64,000 bases of DNA, from the NCBI GenBank assembly GCA_030704615.1, contig CM060732.1, forward strand, positions 78,182,001 to 78,246,000, read 5' to 3'. The notes beneath the pieces were generated by a model. That model worked only from the letters and a program-made list of their open reading frames with translations, was not told the origin of the DNA and made no database searches. This document shows, one piece after another, positions 12,401-25,700 of this stretch. A program made the translations under genes and the position numbers. Origin of the DNA: Takakia lepidozioides (Eukaryota; Plantae; Bryophyta). The stretch's first letter is position 1. Every line of letters begins with the position of its first letter.

Positions 12401-15384
12401 TTCTTTATGAGTCTGCATGATCAATAAAAGTTACAATGCCAAAATAGTTGGTTGTACTGCTGGAGCTGAGACCAAACACGAGATAGAATCAAAATTCTCA
12501 CATCAAAATTCACCCAATAGTAACTGAGGTTGGTAATCCAGTACTCCGTACTGGCTCCAGAGAAAATATCGTACAAAAAGATGTGGAGACGCATACAGAC
12601 AACTTACCGAGCTCGAGGGGCCATCCCGCTTGCATTGCCATAGAAAGCACCATTGATTATAACAGGCACTCCAAAGTTCCCAGCAGCTGTGGCAGCTGTG
12701 TGGCTGAATGCATCACAAGAAAGCGGTACTAGGTGAGAGAATGTACTCATAAGACGTTGTTTGCGGGAGCCTTGTGGCCATAGACCCTGTGCCCAGTTTG
12801 GGCGGAACAAACGGGAAAAGAGAATATACTCATAAGATGTTGTTTGCTGTAGCCTTCTGGCCATTGAACCCGCGCTCAGATTGAGCGGAACACAAAGGGG
12901 CAGAAACTACCGTTGTCCAGGGCTGACACCGTTAGTATGACTTCCCTTGAAATAGACAGTTTTCCAGGTTTCCTCTAGAAATCCCTTTACACAAGCATCA
13001 ATCTGCTGTTTGTGGTTTGCCCCATAACTAGGCCCCAAAAGGGCCTGGGCTTTTGGCTCGGTGTTGAGACTTTCAAAGTTGGTAAACAGAGGTACAGGCA
13101 CAATTCCCTTGAGGAGGACATCTCTGGTGAGAGTTCCCAGGACAATGGATCAGAAAATGAATATTGTCTTCAGGTTGCCCACACAACAGGCATTTGCAAT
13201 CCCGTCTATTGCTTCCACTGGCAGCCCAAAGGGTGTATGGCACAAAAAGACAGTTCCAATGAGAACTCCAAAACTGAAATAAGATAAGGTAGGGCTTATC
13301 TTGGAAAGACTGTCACATTCAGCAAGACCTTAGGGAATCATATTACACAATATTGGTGAAGACATCAGGGAAGTTCTCCTCCCAGAAATAGCTCACAGAA
13401 GAATCACAATAGCATGAGAAGCAGGAGCACCAAGATAATTTCTTCTCTAGAAGTTTAATCAGCACATAGGACCTAGGTCAATCTCCACTCACTCTTTCCT
13501 AGTTAGGTCCCACTCAAGGCACCAGATAGTAAGTGGATGGCCTACAAGAAACATCTCCTGCTAATGTCTTCTACCTAGGTAGATTTGGCACAGAGTGGAA
13601 TTGGGTAAGAGGATGAGAGGGACTGACCTGCCATGTCCATCTCCGTCAAGTGGGGATGCAAAATCAAGGGACGCATTAAAAGCACCCTCGGAGACAGCAG
13701 CTGCAGAAAAATGCTGGGCTCCGATAATTTTCCCATTGCATGAACCCCGAGGAAACTCCCTTGCAACTACTTCACATTTTCCAGTGTACCCGCGTACAAC
13801 ACCAAATGGCTTCTGTCCCCTGGAGGAGAAGCTAGGATGCGTAGGGTCAATCCCTGTGTCGACGATCCCGATTACAACGTTCTCCCCTGTTGTACCAGTG
13901 AATCCCTCATTCTGCTTCCAAACCCCATTGGGTAGTCCTAGGTAACTTGGTGTATGGACGGTATTCTTCTGCACTTTCCAGTTCTTCTCAACACGTATCA
14001 CTCCAGGGAAGTTTGCTAGCGACTCTGCCTTCAGACAGTACAGTAGACTGGCCCCCAGTTAGTTCTGTGCATGTTTTCAGTGGAGGAATTACAGGGATAG
14101 AGATATAGACACTGCTTGCATGGCATGTTGAAAGAAACGACAAAAGCTCATGCATCCTGGCAACTTCAGCCAACCATAAATTTCAGAGTGCCCAGTCTAA
14201 AGCATTGTCATTTTCGTGTGAGAAATCTGGACCAAGAGAGACTGGCCATTTGGGGTAAGCATGTTTATAGAGACTAACGGTGGAAGTACCTGCTCAGCAG
14301 TCATGTTCACGGCGAAGCCATTGATGAGATGGTGGAAGCTATAGAGCTTGGTGTAGGTCTCAGTCTGAAAGAATTGTTGCAGCAGCATGTCGTGCTGTGC
14401 TATTAAATGTGCCTTGTACTTGCTCACCCAAGGCTTACTGCGATCCCTGTCACTCGATATCGAAAGAATCACCTCAGAAGGGAGTGCAGATTGTGAGAGA
14501 CACATGGAAAGGCAGAAGAAACCTTGACAACACTACAAGGCAGATCTGCACATGTTTTTGCATATCATCCTACTCTGTACCATTTAGACCTCTTACCCAA
14601 GAGCTCACAAAACCACAAAACTATCACATCTAGTAGAGAATTCCGTCTCTTGGGGAGACACATGGCTGAACCCCATCAGGCCCGACGACTGAAGATTGCC
14701 CCTTTTGAAAGTTGGGAACACAAATGTTCTCCTTTCGATTCAATGTTAGAACAGTCCATGTGCTACTTTCCCATTTGCCTTGAAAAGGATCCTCCAAACT
14801 CTGGGGGGGGGGGACGCTAGTAAAGTAGGGGTAACGATTCAAGACTTTAATCAACACCGCCGAGGTAGACGAGCACCAGCAGTGTGAGAAAGTATTTTTC
14901 CTGATTAAAATGTGAGGAAGGATGTGTGATTATTCCACGATGAAAGAAGAGAAAACCAACTTCGCAAACCAAATGGGCGGGAGGAGAAAGAGGAGGTTTA
15001 AGAAGGAAACGGGCCTGGAAAGGAAAGGACATCACATGTGAACTGAAGAACAGAAGATCCAAATGTGGTCAGAAGGAGGTGAAGAGAAGAAGACTGATGG
15101 ATAGACGGAGGAAAACTGAGGTTCTTCTACGGGACAGCACATAGACACTGAATATCACACCTGTAAAGATGTGACTTCCACGTGCGAGTAAAGAAGTGGG
15201 AAGTGGCAGCAAAGCCTGGCAGTCCTCCCTTGTACTCCACTACTGGATCTCCATCGGCAGTCACAATGTACACCTCTGATTTTGCACCCGCAACCAGGAC
15301 TATCAGTATCAAAGCTGGAAGCACCCAACATGCTGCCTGCATTCTAAAAATCCTTTCCGTTCCATTCATCTCCCCTGATCTCAT
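8774..15384 (-). CDS. Subtilisin-like serine protease (S8A, SBT2 subfamily), copy A, 10 exons
   Basis: Exons ~15384-15161, 14446-14290, 14028-13628, 12703-12608, 12197-12125, 11672-11387, 11098-10776, 10459-10192, 9941-9660 and 9189-8774, all GT-AG. Signal peptide, I9 prodomain ([14 protein letters not shown]) and intact triad ([29 protein letters not shown]), plus PA and Fn-III-like C-terminus. Alternative start at 15342. Confidence 0.95.
9489..9560 (-). repeat. Dispersed ~75-bp LINE-tail/SINE-like repeat copy, in the last intron of subtilase A, embedded in (GA)n
   Basis: Reverse complement CCGTGCAAACTGGTCGCAGGGTCAATGGCCACAAGGCTACGGCAAACAACGTCTTTTGAGTACATTCTC aligns with the copies at 12737-12895 and 23473-23548. 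Confidence 0.8.
12737..13290 (-). mobile_element. 5'-truncated LINE 3' end (CCHC knuckle plus tandemly duplicated ~75-bp 3' tail) in intron 3 of subtilase A
   Basis: The minus frame reads [20 protein letters not shown], the C-x2-C...E..H....C knuckle typical of a LINE ORF2 C-terminus, then ...QALLGP...[13 protein letters not shown]. Two copies of the tail repeat follow at ~12820-12895 and ~12737-12810. Confidence 0.6.
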
Positions 15385-15808
15385 CGTGGAGAACTCTCGT
15401 TCTCTCCCTAGCACAGAAATTTTTAGGACAATCCCAATGTCAACGCATTCTCTTGTGCTGCACCGCAATTCTTTTTCTCAAGCCTGTACATGTATGTTCA
15501 GTTATGAGTCCTCAATAGTTCTCCTTCCGTATGTCTTTGTCCCCCACTTCCCTCCTCCAGCAAGTTTTCCGCCCCACCGCCTTTCGCAGCTTTCCAGCTA
15601 CCCCTCTCCGCACCCGTCAGCTTGTAAGAGGTGGCATCACTGGTAAGCTAGTATTTCCACCTCTGCAGCTGATCCTCTCAATCTTAGCTCACTCCCAGCT
15701 CACTGCAAGTTTCGAGCCATCCAACGAAGAACTCAGAGTTTGAGAGTAGCTGCCATTCTCATCCTAATTCACAACGTCGAATCTCTCACTCTCGGACTTC
15801 CAACCTGT

Positions 15809-15810
15809 CC

Positions 15811-15851
<41 letters not shown>
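15809..15851. repeat. Compound (CT)n(CA)n microsatellite upstream of subtilase A
   Basis: Seen directly in the sequence. Confidence 0.95.
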
Positions 15852-17057
15852 CTACAAAAACTCGAGCACGACCTGATTGATCGCACTTCTAACTACTTAA
15901 CCTCTCGCCCCCTATCAAACGAGACCCCTACCACCTCTCCTAATCTACTCTCTCCTTCCCGTCTCTTCTGAAGCCTCTCTCTTTCTCTTTCTCTCAAACA
16001 CAACCAGTACTCTCTACTCTCCTTGGTCCCCCCACCCACGTACAACCACAGCTAATCAAGTACCTCTAGCTAGTTTGTTCTGTCTCTTGTCTCTTGTCTC
16101 TTCCTCCCTCTCCAGTCTCCCCACACCCGCTTTTCAATCCCACAGCCGCCCGCTACCTAACTTATCCCAACACTCCCTTCGCTCCATCTCCTCTCCACCC
16201 TCCTACCTATGTATGTACTCCCACAGATTGCAGGACTGCAATTGCAGGGCAGACGAGGAGACAAGCAGGTCAGGCGCGACAGAAGGTGGCGCAGTTTGGG
16301 TGCAGCAGAATAACGCATTTATTGCTCTCCTCCAATTCCTCTTTCCCTTTCCTCGTCTCCCTCACAGTCCCTCTCTCCAACGCACACGCCCTGCCACCCT
16401 GCCACCGCGCAGCCAGAGCGGCGCCCGTGATTATCGCCCGGCGCCCGCGCCCGGCGACAGGCTGCTGCCAGTCGCTCGCGTTTTCTGTTTCGCCGATTTT
16501 CCGAATCCATTACTTTACTCCGGTCGCATCATCGACTGGTCATCCAGTTTCTCCCGGATGAAATCTATCTTTCATCCGATGGCGAAACTTGGCGATGCTG
16601 AGACGGGCAGCCACGGGGACCGCCTTCGGGAGCCCCGGTGACCGGGGCTAGTTGGCAACCTCCGCAAGTGCGGCCGCAACGAGAAAGTGGTAGATATGGA
16701 ACCGTTACGGTTAGTGGGGCAGCGTGGGTTAGTGAGATGGTGGCGATGTTGGTTAGTGAAAAACAGGCGGCCATTTATTAATGCTGTCAGATTTTCATGT
16801 TTGGACCCCCCTATTGGGCCTGACAAATTTAGCTTACCACCTAAAAAATCATGTCATTTTTTATTTTTATTTTTGTCTTTTGCTTTGATTTTTAAAATAA
16901 TTTTTATAGAACAGGGGACAGTGGCCCTGAAAATTTTATTGATAAAGGCAAAGGGGGGTTTTTGTTTCTCAGAAAATGTCTTTCTAGATTGTGTCGACGT
17001 CGTCAATGAAATGTGAGGCATTGGATCCGAAAGCGAATCGATCTGCTTATGAGGAAT

Positions 17058-17232
17058 AATACAAACATTGTGGGCACGTTTGAATGTTAGTGATGTCCTA
17101 TTGGCATATACAAACATTGTGGGCTCATTTGAATGTTAGTGTATATCCTATCGGCGGGTTACCGGAGTCGATGAGGCCCAAAAGTGATTTCCTTTCTGGA
17201 AAGAATACAAACATTGTGGGCTCGTTTGAATG
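17058..17232. repeat. Short direct repeat, 2 copies of ~50 bp plus a partial third
   Basis: ATACAAACATTGTGGGC(A/T)C(G/A)TTTGAATG at ~17058, ~17108 and ~17204. Confidence 0.85.
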
Positions 17233-17750
17233 GTTGTAAGAAGTGCGTTAACTCAACTTACATTCTTTTTATTTATTTATTACATTATTAGTTCTCAGTA
17301 CTAAAAATGTTGAGGGTTTAGTCCAACGTACAATTATGACAGGAAAATAGGGTCTGGGTTATCAGAATAATGAGATTTAAGAGTGGTCTTTTTCTATACA
17401 TGGTCCACATCTTTAGGACTTTACTGAACAGTGTTTTTCTTAATTGTTTTTTTAAGGAAACCTGGGAGCGACAGCCCACGTTTTTCTTACAAACTTTACT
17501 TGGTCAAGAAGATATACTTATAACTTAGTACAAGAATAAAGTATGTAACTACTGTCCAAGCTTATCCCACTAGCGGAATATTGGTGCATCAAACATTCAT
17601 TTATTTAAAGCTCCTGGACAGAATACAATGTCCAGTTCCGTCTTCTTTTCATGCAATTAATAGTGGAATATTCTGATTGCATATAATCTGATTGTCATAT
17701 TTTGAAATCTTCTTTTAAATGAACTTTAGGGTTTGCGTAAGCCATCAAAC

Positions 17751-19620
17751 TCTATGAAAGGGGACACCGAAAATCCGCAAATTCTCTATCCTTCAGTCTC
17801 GCCCAATAATAATGTGCCTCACAACCCATCTCCCAAAAACATCAAAAACCACAACAAACAGTAGTAAACCCCTCTTCCGGTGAAAAAAATCAAAATAAAG
17901 TCTGGATGGGCCTTCTCTAAATGAGCTTTAGGGTTCGGGCGTTCCGATCTCAGGAGGTCGTCCAAGTTCTATGAAAGGGGACACCGAAAGTCCGCAAATT
18001 CTCTATCCTTCAGTCTCGCCCAATAATAATGTGCCTCACAACCCATCTCCCAAAAACATCAAAAACCACAACAAACAGTAGTAAACCCCTCTTCCGGTGA
18101 AAAAAATCAAAATAAAGTCTGGATGGGCCTTCTCTAAATGAGCTTTAGGGTTCGGGCGTTCCGATCTCAGGAGGTCGTCCAAGTTCTATGAAAGGGGACA
18201 CCGAAAGTCCGCAAATTCTCTATCCTTCAGTCTCGCCCAATAATAATGTGCCTCACAACCCATCTCCCAAAAACATCAAAAACCACAACAAACAGTAGTA
18301 AACCCCTCTTCCGGTGAAAAAAATCAAAATAAAGTCTGGATGGGCCTTCTCTAAATGAGCTTTAGGGTTCGGGCGTTCCGATCTCAGGAGGTCGTCCAAG
18401 TTCTATGAAAGGGACACCGAAAGTCCGCAAATTCTCTATCCTTCAGTCTCGCCCAATAATAATGTGCCTCACAACCCATCTCCCAAAAACATCAAAAACC
18501 ACAACAAACAGTAGTAAACCCCTCTTCCGGTGAAAAAAATCAAAATAAAGTCTGGATGGGCCTTCTCTAAATGAGCTTTAGGGTTCCGATCTCAGGAGGT
18601 CGTCCAAGTTCTATGAAAGGGGACACCGAAAGTCCGCAAATTCTCTATCCTTCAGTCTCGCCCAATAATAATGTGCCTCACAACCCATCTCCCAAAAACA
18701 TCAAAAACCACAACAAACAGTAGTAAACCCCTCTTCCGGTGAAAAAAATCAAAATAAAGTCTGGATGGGCCTTCTCTAAATGAGCTTTAGGGTTCGGGCG
18801 TTCCGATCTCAGGAGGTCGTCCAAGTTCTATGAAAGGGGACACCGAAAGTCCGCAAATTCTCTATCCTTCAGTCTCGCCCAATAATAATGTGCCTCACAA
18901 CCCATCTCCCAAAAACATCAAAAACCACAACAAACAGTAGTAAACCCCTCTTCCGGTGAAAAAAATCAAAATAAAGTCTGGATGGGCCTTCTCTAAATGA
19001 GCTTTAGGGTTCGGGCGTTCCGATCTCAGGAGGTCGTCCAAGTTCTATGAAAGGGGACACCGAAAGTCCGCAAATTCTCTATCCTTCAGTCTCGCCCAAT
19101 AATAATGTGCCTCACAACCCATCTCCCAAAAACATCAAAAACCACAACAAACAGTAGTAAACCCCTCTTCCGGTGAAAAAAATCAAAATAAAGTCTGGAT
19201 GGGCCTTCTCTAAATGAGCTTTAGGGTTCCGATCTCAGGAGGTCGTCCAAGTTCTATGAAAGGGGACACCGAAAGTCCGCAAATTCTCTATCCTTCAGTC
19301 TCGCCCAATAATAATGTGCCTCACAACCCATCTCCCAAAAACATCAAAAACCACAACAAACAGTAGTAAACCCCTCTTCCGGTGAAAAAAATCAAAATAA
19401 AGTCTGGATGGGCCTTCTCTAAATGAGCTTTAGGGTTCCGATCTCAGGAGGCCGTCCAAGTTCTATGGAAGGGGACACCGAAAATCCGCAAATTCTCTAT
19501 CCTTCAATGTCATCCATGATGGGCTTCACAACGCATCCCCAAAAACATTCAAAAACATATCAAACAGTAGTAAACCCCTATTGTGGTTAAAGAAAATGAA
19601 AAATAAAATCTGGATGAACC
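17751..19620. repeat. Tandem array of a 217-bp unit (8 near-identical copies plus 1 diverged), each containing one TTTAGGG
   Basis: Unit starts (TCTATG) at 17751, 17968, 18185, 18402, 18610, 18827, 19044, 19253 and 19462. Periods are 217,217,217,208,217,217,209,209; the short units lack GGGCGTTC. Confidence 0.97.
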
Positions 19621-19884
19621 CCATCCTCATTCTTCTTCTGGGGGTCATTTACTCATCCACAGTGAGGCCTGGACGGATGAATGAGCACAGACAGTTGTGG
19701 TCTGACCACCTCTCTAGTACAGCAGTGTGAGAAAAGAGGGGAGGCACAGAAGCCCAAAAAGCCCATAATAAACTATAGTAAATATAGCACGTGTGCCTGC
19801 ACGTTCTGCACGTCACTCATTACCTTCTTCCTAATTACCCCCTCTTTTTTATTATTACACACCCACTAGTCTGAGATTACTGTG

Positions 19885-19960
19885 CCTAACCCTCTCTCTT
19901 TTAACCCTCTTCTAACTTCTAACCCTCTCTGCTAGCCCTATTCTAACCCTCTGCTAACCC
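19885..19960. repeat. Degenerate TAACCCT telomere-like cluster
   Basis: About 5 TAACCC/TAGCCC motifs separated by CT-rich linkers. Confidence 0.6.
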
Positions 19961-20779
19961 ATCCTGATGCCCTAATTATGGGGTCACCCTGACTGCCATG
20001 TTAGGTGTTTGATAAGCAGTGTGGGGTGGCCCCTTATCCAGGCATGATTTGGGAGAGTGTTTTTACACCCTCATTCAATGAAGATATTTTACCACATGGA
20101 ATGGAACTTGGAAGACAAAACTAGTGATGACATCAGGTGTGAGAAGGGATGAAGTGGGAAGGAAAAAGAAGTAAAGGAAATGGGTTTTGTCTGAAGCCAG
20201 AGATAGAAGATGAGGTGTGTAAGTACCAAGTGGGGATGGAGGATTGAAGGCAACAACAATCCATGTTGGATGTTGGGGAAACATAACTGAGACGTCATGT
20301 CGTGTGCGGAAAATGAAGATGGGTTTGTTGCTATCATAGCGTTCAAGAGTTGGAACAAGTTGTTGTCGACCCATTCGCATGAGCTCAAGCCCCATTAGAA
20401 CCCGGTACTGTAATCTCTTGAATTCAAGTTTGCGGACCTAACAGACGTTGAAAGTTTGTTGTGACTTGTCTACGCCGAGGAAGAATGTCATGAGCTGGGA
20501 ATTTGGTTTGATAGTGAAGAATTCGCTCGTCCATATACATCATCTTTGGTGTTAAAACCGGTCCTTACAGTACTACTCCGGAAAACTACTAGGTATAATA
20601 GAAACAATATGCAAGCTAAAAGGATGGATGGATGAATGGATGGATAACAAAATGTGGGTGTACTTTGAAGAGAGAAATTTTGAGAGAGAGAGTTACCCTA
20701 ACCCTAAATGCTAGAAGAAGTTGTTGGGTCGCTTTTACATAAACTATTCCCAGACATGATGATTTGAATGCAGTGAAGG

Positions 20780-22010
20780 TGGGCGCACTTGGTAAGTAGA
20801 TTGCAACATGGAGCCATTCAAGACTGCAAAGAGTTGTCGAAGAGCCGTGTCCACTCTGCAGAAACACTAGAAATCACTAGTTTGGCTGTCATGGAGCTCT
20901 TAAAGTATTTCAAAATCAGAGATCTCCTCAGTGAAATCACCTCACCGCTGCCTACATTCCTCACATTACCATTGCAGGTAGAGCAACTTGTCCGATGCAT
21001 GATTTGAAGGAAGAGATGCTGATCAGTCACCTGATCTGGCTTCTCGGCCTAATTTTCTAGTGGAGCCAATATTCCTACTTGATATTTGAACTTGCCATGG
21101 TGTAAGCTTGGCCAGCTACCGAAGTTCATGCAAGTTTACCAAGAGTTTTTATGTACTGGAGGGGGAAGAAGGCTTTCAGCTTTATTTGCAAAAAGTGAAA
21201 GAAGAAGAAGATTTCCAGTACCTGGCAAAGAGTTGTGGATCCGAGCTAAGTGCAGGGCCTGCCAGATCCAAACTAGACATGAAAAATCAGGGCCAAATTT
21301 AGCCAAAGGTCCCAGCTACTTCCGGGAAGTGGAGAAGGCTGGTGGACCCTCAAGCTGCAGGGCATCTCAATCTGGAAAAGGCATGGCAGAAGCTGTGGAC
21401 GCTGGGTCTGCAAAAGCTGGGCAGTTTCCAATTCCTATTGGCGAAGAAGGCCATTTTCTCCATCGCTTGAAACTGCGCCATAGCCTGCATGGCAAATGTG
21501 TGGACTGTGGACCCATCAAGCTGCAGCGAGGGCTGGGGAATCCAAGAAAGAGCTGGCAAAGCTCCCCCAAATCCCACTGGATATGGTGGGCTCCTGGCAA
21601 TGGATCGGCGAGATGCAAGGGAGTGGAAGACAGCTCAGTATCTCCAGTCTGTATGGACCCCCACACCGCATGTGGGCCATTGTTATTTCAACACCACTCT
21701 CATTCCTCATTCATCTAGTGCTTTTCTTCTTTCATTCAGCTTCTTCTACTCTCTCCATGGTTTTGCTTCATTCTTCTGCCAGGACCCATTCATCTACATC
21801 CTCTGGTGGCTCGCTATTCTTATATAACATGAATGATTGAATTTATATGGCCCACCCTTGGAATGAGGGAGGAGTGAAGTGGCTCTTAGTTACGCGGGCG
21901 TCTTCTCTCTCTCTCCTGCAGATTCAATCATCTTCTTTGAATGGGTGGATTATATGGAGTGCGATCTACCCTTTAGAAAGAATGTATACTTTAAAAAAAG
22001 AAAGAAGAAT
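20780..22010 (+). mobile_element. Degenerate LINE 3' relic
   Basis: One frame gives AWQKLWTLGLQKLGSFQFLLAKKAI (zf-RVT-like). Trp-rich hydrophobic downstream segments and an A-rich tail lie near 21990. Heavily frameshifted. Confidence 0.3.
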
Positions 22011-22742
22011 AAGATTGACTCCTGTCGAAGCAAGCTTAAATTAAGGTGTCACCTCACCCTACAAGGCTACTGCCATCGTCCTTATGCGTACCAGCAATGT
22101 GGTTATCTTTCTCCAGCCAGAGTGGGATATTCCAACATACACCAATGTGGCTTTGGACCCAGTTTGGCGCAATAACCACTAGGCCATCTGTGGGATGCTA
22201 AACCAGGTGCTATACATGGATCCTCTCCTGTTGCATATATCGCACCAGGGATATAAGATTCAGTTTTAGCTCATAAAGTCCCAACCTATTTTGTACAGTG
22301 ATTCTGGCAGCAAACTTCTTACAGGACATGAAATCAACAAGACTCGAAGTTAAAACAATGGAGATATTTTCCAACCTCCTGAATTTCATCTGTCTGTACT
22401 ACAATATGAAGAAGAAACAGCTTGTCTCACAAACCTCTATGGTAAGGAAAATTCCTAGCATGATTTTGAGTCCAAAGACAATACAGTCAGAAACTTCCAT
22501 GGTGGTGAGATAAAGAAAGGGTGTCAGGCCCTTTTGAACAAATGGCCGGAAAAAGTACCACAGTTGGGATTCTCAACCAATTCTGCATGCCAAATACTGG
22601 TATACAAAATTCTGATGGTCGACGAAATTGGATGCTCAATGTCACATGGACGTGCTCACAAAAATGACCCTTGAGGCTATTGGAGTCACCACCATGAAAT
22701 GTGAAAACTTGTTGCTTACTAGAGCCTTTGGACTCAACAATG

Positions 22743-25700
22743 CTAATTTTGTGAGATCGCAGTGCCTTCTTCCTTTCCAACTTCAGCAGCCATAACATCA
22801 TCTCCTGCATCTGACATGGCATCCAGAGCTTGTTGGCCTTTTTGAGGGTTTGTCTCTTCTGGGCAGTCGAGTCGACTCAACTTGTTGACGCGCTCAAGAC
22901 TGTCTTTAGCAGCTCTCTTACGCTGTGGGATGACAGCGAGGAGAGCTTTGCCCCAGTCCCCAAGCTCCATATAGCGCAGCACAATTTCCACCACCTGGTT
23001 AACTGTCAGCACCTGCACACAAACCATACTGTACTTTTAGATAGGTAGAGAGATGCTAACAAATACGATGTCCATTCCACCACTTCTACTTCTCTCTACC
23101 TTTGCCGAGATACATGTGACTGTGAATGCAATGCCAGAGAGAGAGACACACACATTGTCAGATTGGCTATGAAATACACTTGAGAGGATAGTCCCCCCAG
23201 AATATCAGGCCTTCCAGAAACAGTCGTGGGGTCTCTGCTCCGGAAACTCAACCCAAGATGCCTTTGTGAGGGCTAGGCTCCTTCTGACAAAGATTAAAAA
23301 AGATATTGCTGAGCATGATGAGACAGGAAACACCCACAAAAGCCTCTGGGAGGGTTTTCCTACAGGGTTGATGGCTGTAAGGCCATTGCAAGCCAACATT
23401 CGCAGGGGGCGGCATGGGTACATTCCTTCTCTCCCACACTGGAGTCCTCACAAAGTGTCTGTTTCCTCTTGTTTCGCCCAAACTGGGCTTGGGGTCTATG
23501 GCCACAAGGCTACAGACAACAACATCTTACGAGGACATTCTCTCTCTTACACTTGTGTTGACTTTTCATCCTTTCTCTTGGCATTTTTTCCACCAAGAAC
23601 AAACCTCTCCCTCACTCGTGACCGATTCCAGGATTGATCCAGCAGATGTGGAGTAGTTCTCTTTCTCTCCTCTCTGTCTCTGTCTCTCTCATTTTGTAAA
23701 GTTCTTCTTGCTTTCATACCTGAGAACTTAACATCTTCATGTGCTCCCCAATTGGAAGCTTTGCAGTTGCGATCCCTTGATTCTTGGCTTTCTCCAAAGT
23801 CGTGCCCTTCCACCGGTTGCGGTCAACCAGCCCACCCACTATGTAAACCTTAGAGGCATCCAGTTTGTCTAGAACATGCTCAGAGTCGGCTGTAAGGTAT
23901 ACCAGATCCCCCACCCTATCTTGAAATACTTCCAAGTACGATCGCTCTTCCTTGTGAAGGAGCCAGTTGGGGAACCCAACATTCCTCTCCAGCTGAGTGC
24001 GAATGTCTCCAGTGCAACCCGTTAGGGACAGGCGACATGGGGACACCGCCCTCCCATTTGCTGCATATGAATACATCACCTGAGACACAAGCAGTTGGAG
24101 GGATTGCCACAGCGAGACTTTAACAGAATTTTGGTCTATCCTTTCTTTCCCTCCAACTTAGAGAAATGGGCATCCCAAGTGAGTGGCTTTAAGTAGCAAA
24201 CCCTGAAGGTCATGCCGACTTACTTTGCTTCCACCACCACTCACTCAGCCTCGGTGTTACTGCTTCAGTAGCAATGCAGTGCTTAGCAAACTCCAATCAC
24301 AAGACCACTAATCTTTGCCAAAAGATTCATACAATAAAAGAGTAAGCCAGAGAAATAGAATGAGGGCCTGGAAGAAAACCTGCTGAATTAAGCTGGAGAC
24401 CTCATTGGGCTTCATCTTTTCCCCAAACTCAAGATCAATGACTAAATTCTGGCCAGTCTCCATCGCCTCTGCAAGCTTCTCCTTCTTTCCTTTCCGCTCT
24501 TCTTTCCGCGCATTCCGAAGTGCTATTTTCTCTTGCTTGGCTCTCTCCACCTCCTCCTCTGGGAGCATTGCAAGCTTCACTTGCCATTCCTGTCGTTTCC
24601 TGTGTGTTTCTTGGTGCCGCTTCTCTTTCTCGTAAGCCTTCCGCTGATGTTTCGTTTGCCTGTACCTCTCCATCTTCAACAGGTTCTTCCGTGCTGATTT
24701 TGAGAGAGGCTTGGGCTCCTCAGAGTCTGGTTTTTGTTCATGCATATTGACTGACGAAGCAGGCTGCTCTACTTTTGAGATTGTCCCCATGCTTTCAGTT
24801 TCCTTGTCCCTCACCTCCTTAGTCTCCTTCATATTGACTGACGAAGCAGGCTGCTCTACTTTTGAGATTGTCCCCATGCTTTCAGTTTCCTTGTCCCTCA
24901 CCTCCTTAGTCTCCTTCATATTGACTGACGAAGCAGGCTGCTCTACTATTGAGATTGTCCCCATGCTTTCAGTTTCCTTGTCCCTCACCTCCTTAGTCTC
25001 CTTCATTCCCCCACATTCAGAAGCTCCCATAGGCTCCTCAGCTTTTCTTATGGTCTCTGCTGAGGGACCTAACAAAGTACAGAAACAATTTAGCAATACA
25101 AGATCTAAGAATCTTGTAAATCAGTCGGCAGGCTATAAGGTGCTGGTGGTGGCAGTAGTTTACAAAACTTTCAGCCCCTGCATCTGACCCCATACTCCTC
25201 TTTGGTATGTACTGCAAATGCTCTCAAACTTTGACACGAGGTCAATATTACTTCCGGCACCCACCCGTGGGTGACATACCTGAAGCCCTCATTTCCTTAA
25301 AAAGTGTTTGCCAATCACCTTTATTTGATGTTAAGCAGAAGCCCTGTAACTGTTTGCCGTGTAACAGGCCTAACTTCACGTGTTCCTTGCAGGCTTATAG
25401 CATAGCTGCTTTGGCCCTAAAGGTTCTGTACAAAAATCCAAGAGGAAAATCCCAATACAGCTTTCAACTCTTGTTTTGGATGTTGTCTTTAAAGCAGTCA
25501 TTCTTTCCTCCCTAAACGACATGTGCATGGCCTTGATACCACAGCTCAGCTAAATACTCCTAATCAAGGTACTTTTAGCACCCTACCTGTGTTGGTGACT
25601 GACAAAACAGGATTGGAACAAGAGCAATAAAAGCATTGGCAAAACAATGAACATAGATGCTCAATTTTTGCCAATGTCAGTCAGATGAATTCCACTAATT

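Noticed and set aside
12737-12895. Intronic snoRNA/miRNA interpretation of the 75-bp repeat
   Set aside because: The TRM10-intron copy is antisense to its host while the others are sense, there are no clear C/D or H/ACA boxes, and it adjoins a LINE knuckle.
16075-16641. 188-aa + strand ORF
   Set aside because: Non-ATG start, low-complexity CT/GC-rich promoter-like sequence, no domain.
17751-19620. CRISPR array or 5S/snRNA cluster
   Set aside because: Units are identical end to end with no unique spacers, I recognise no RNA-gene motif, and the context is eukaryotic.
19885-19960. True or interstitial telomere
   Set aside because: Motifs are few, degenerate and interrupted.
21086-21718. 210-aa + strand ORF
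   Set aside because: No recognisable domain; the LINE-like signal is in a different, broken frame.
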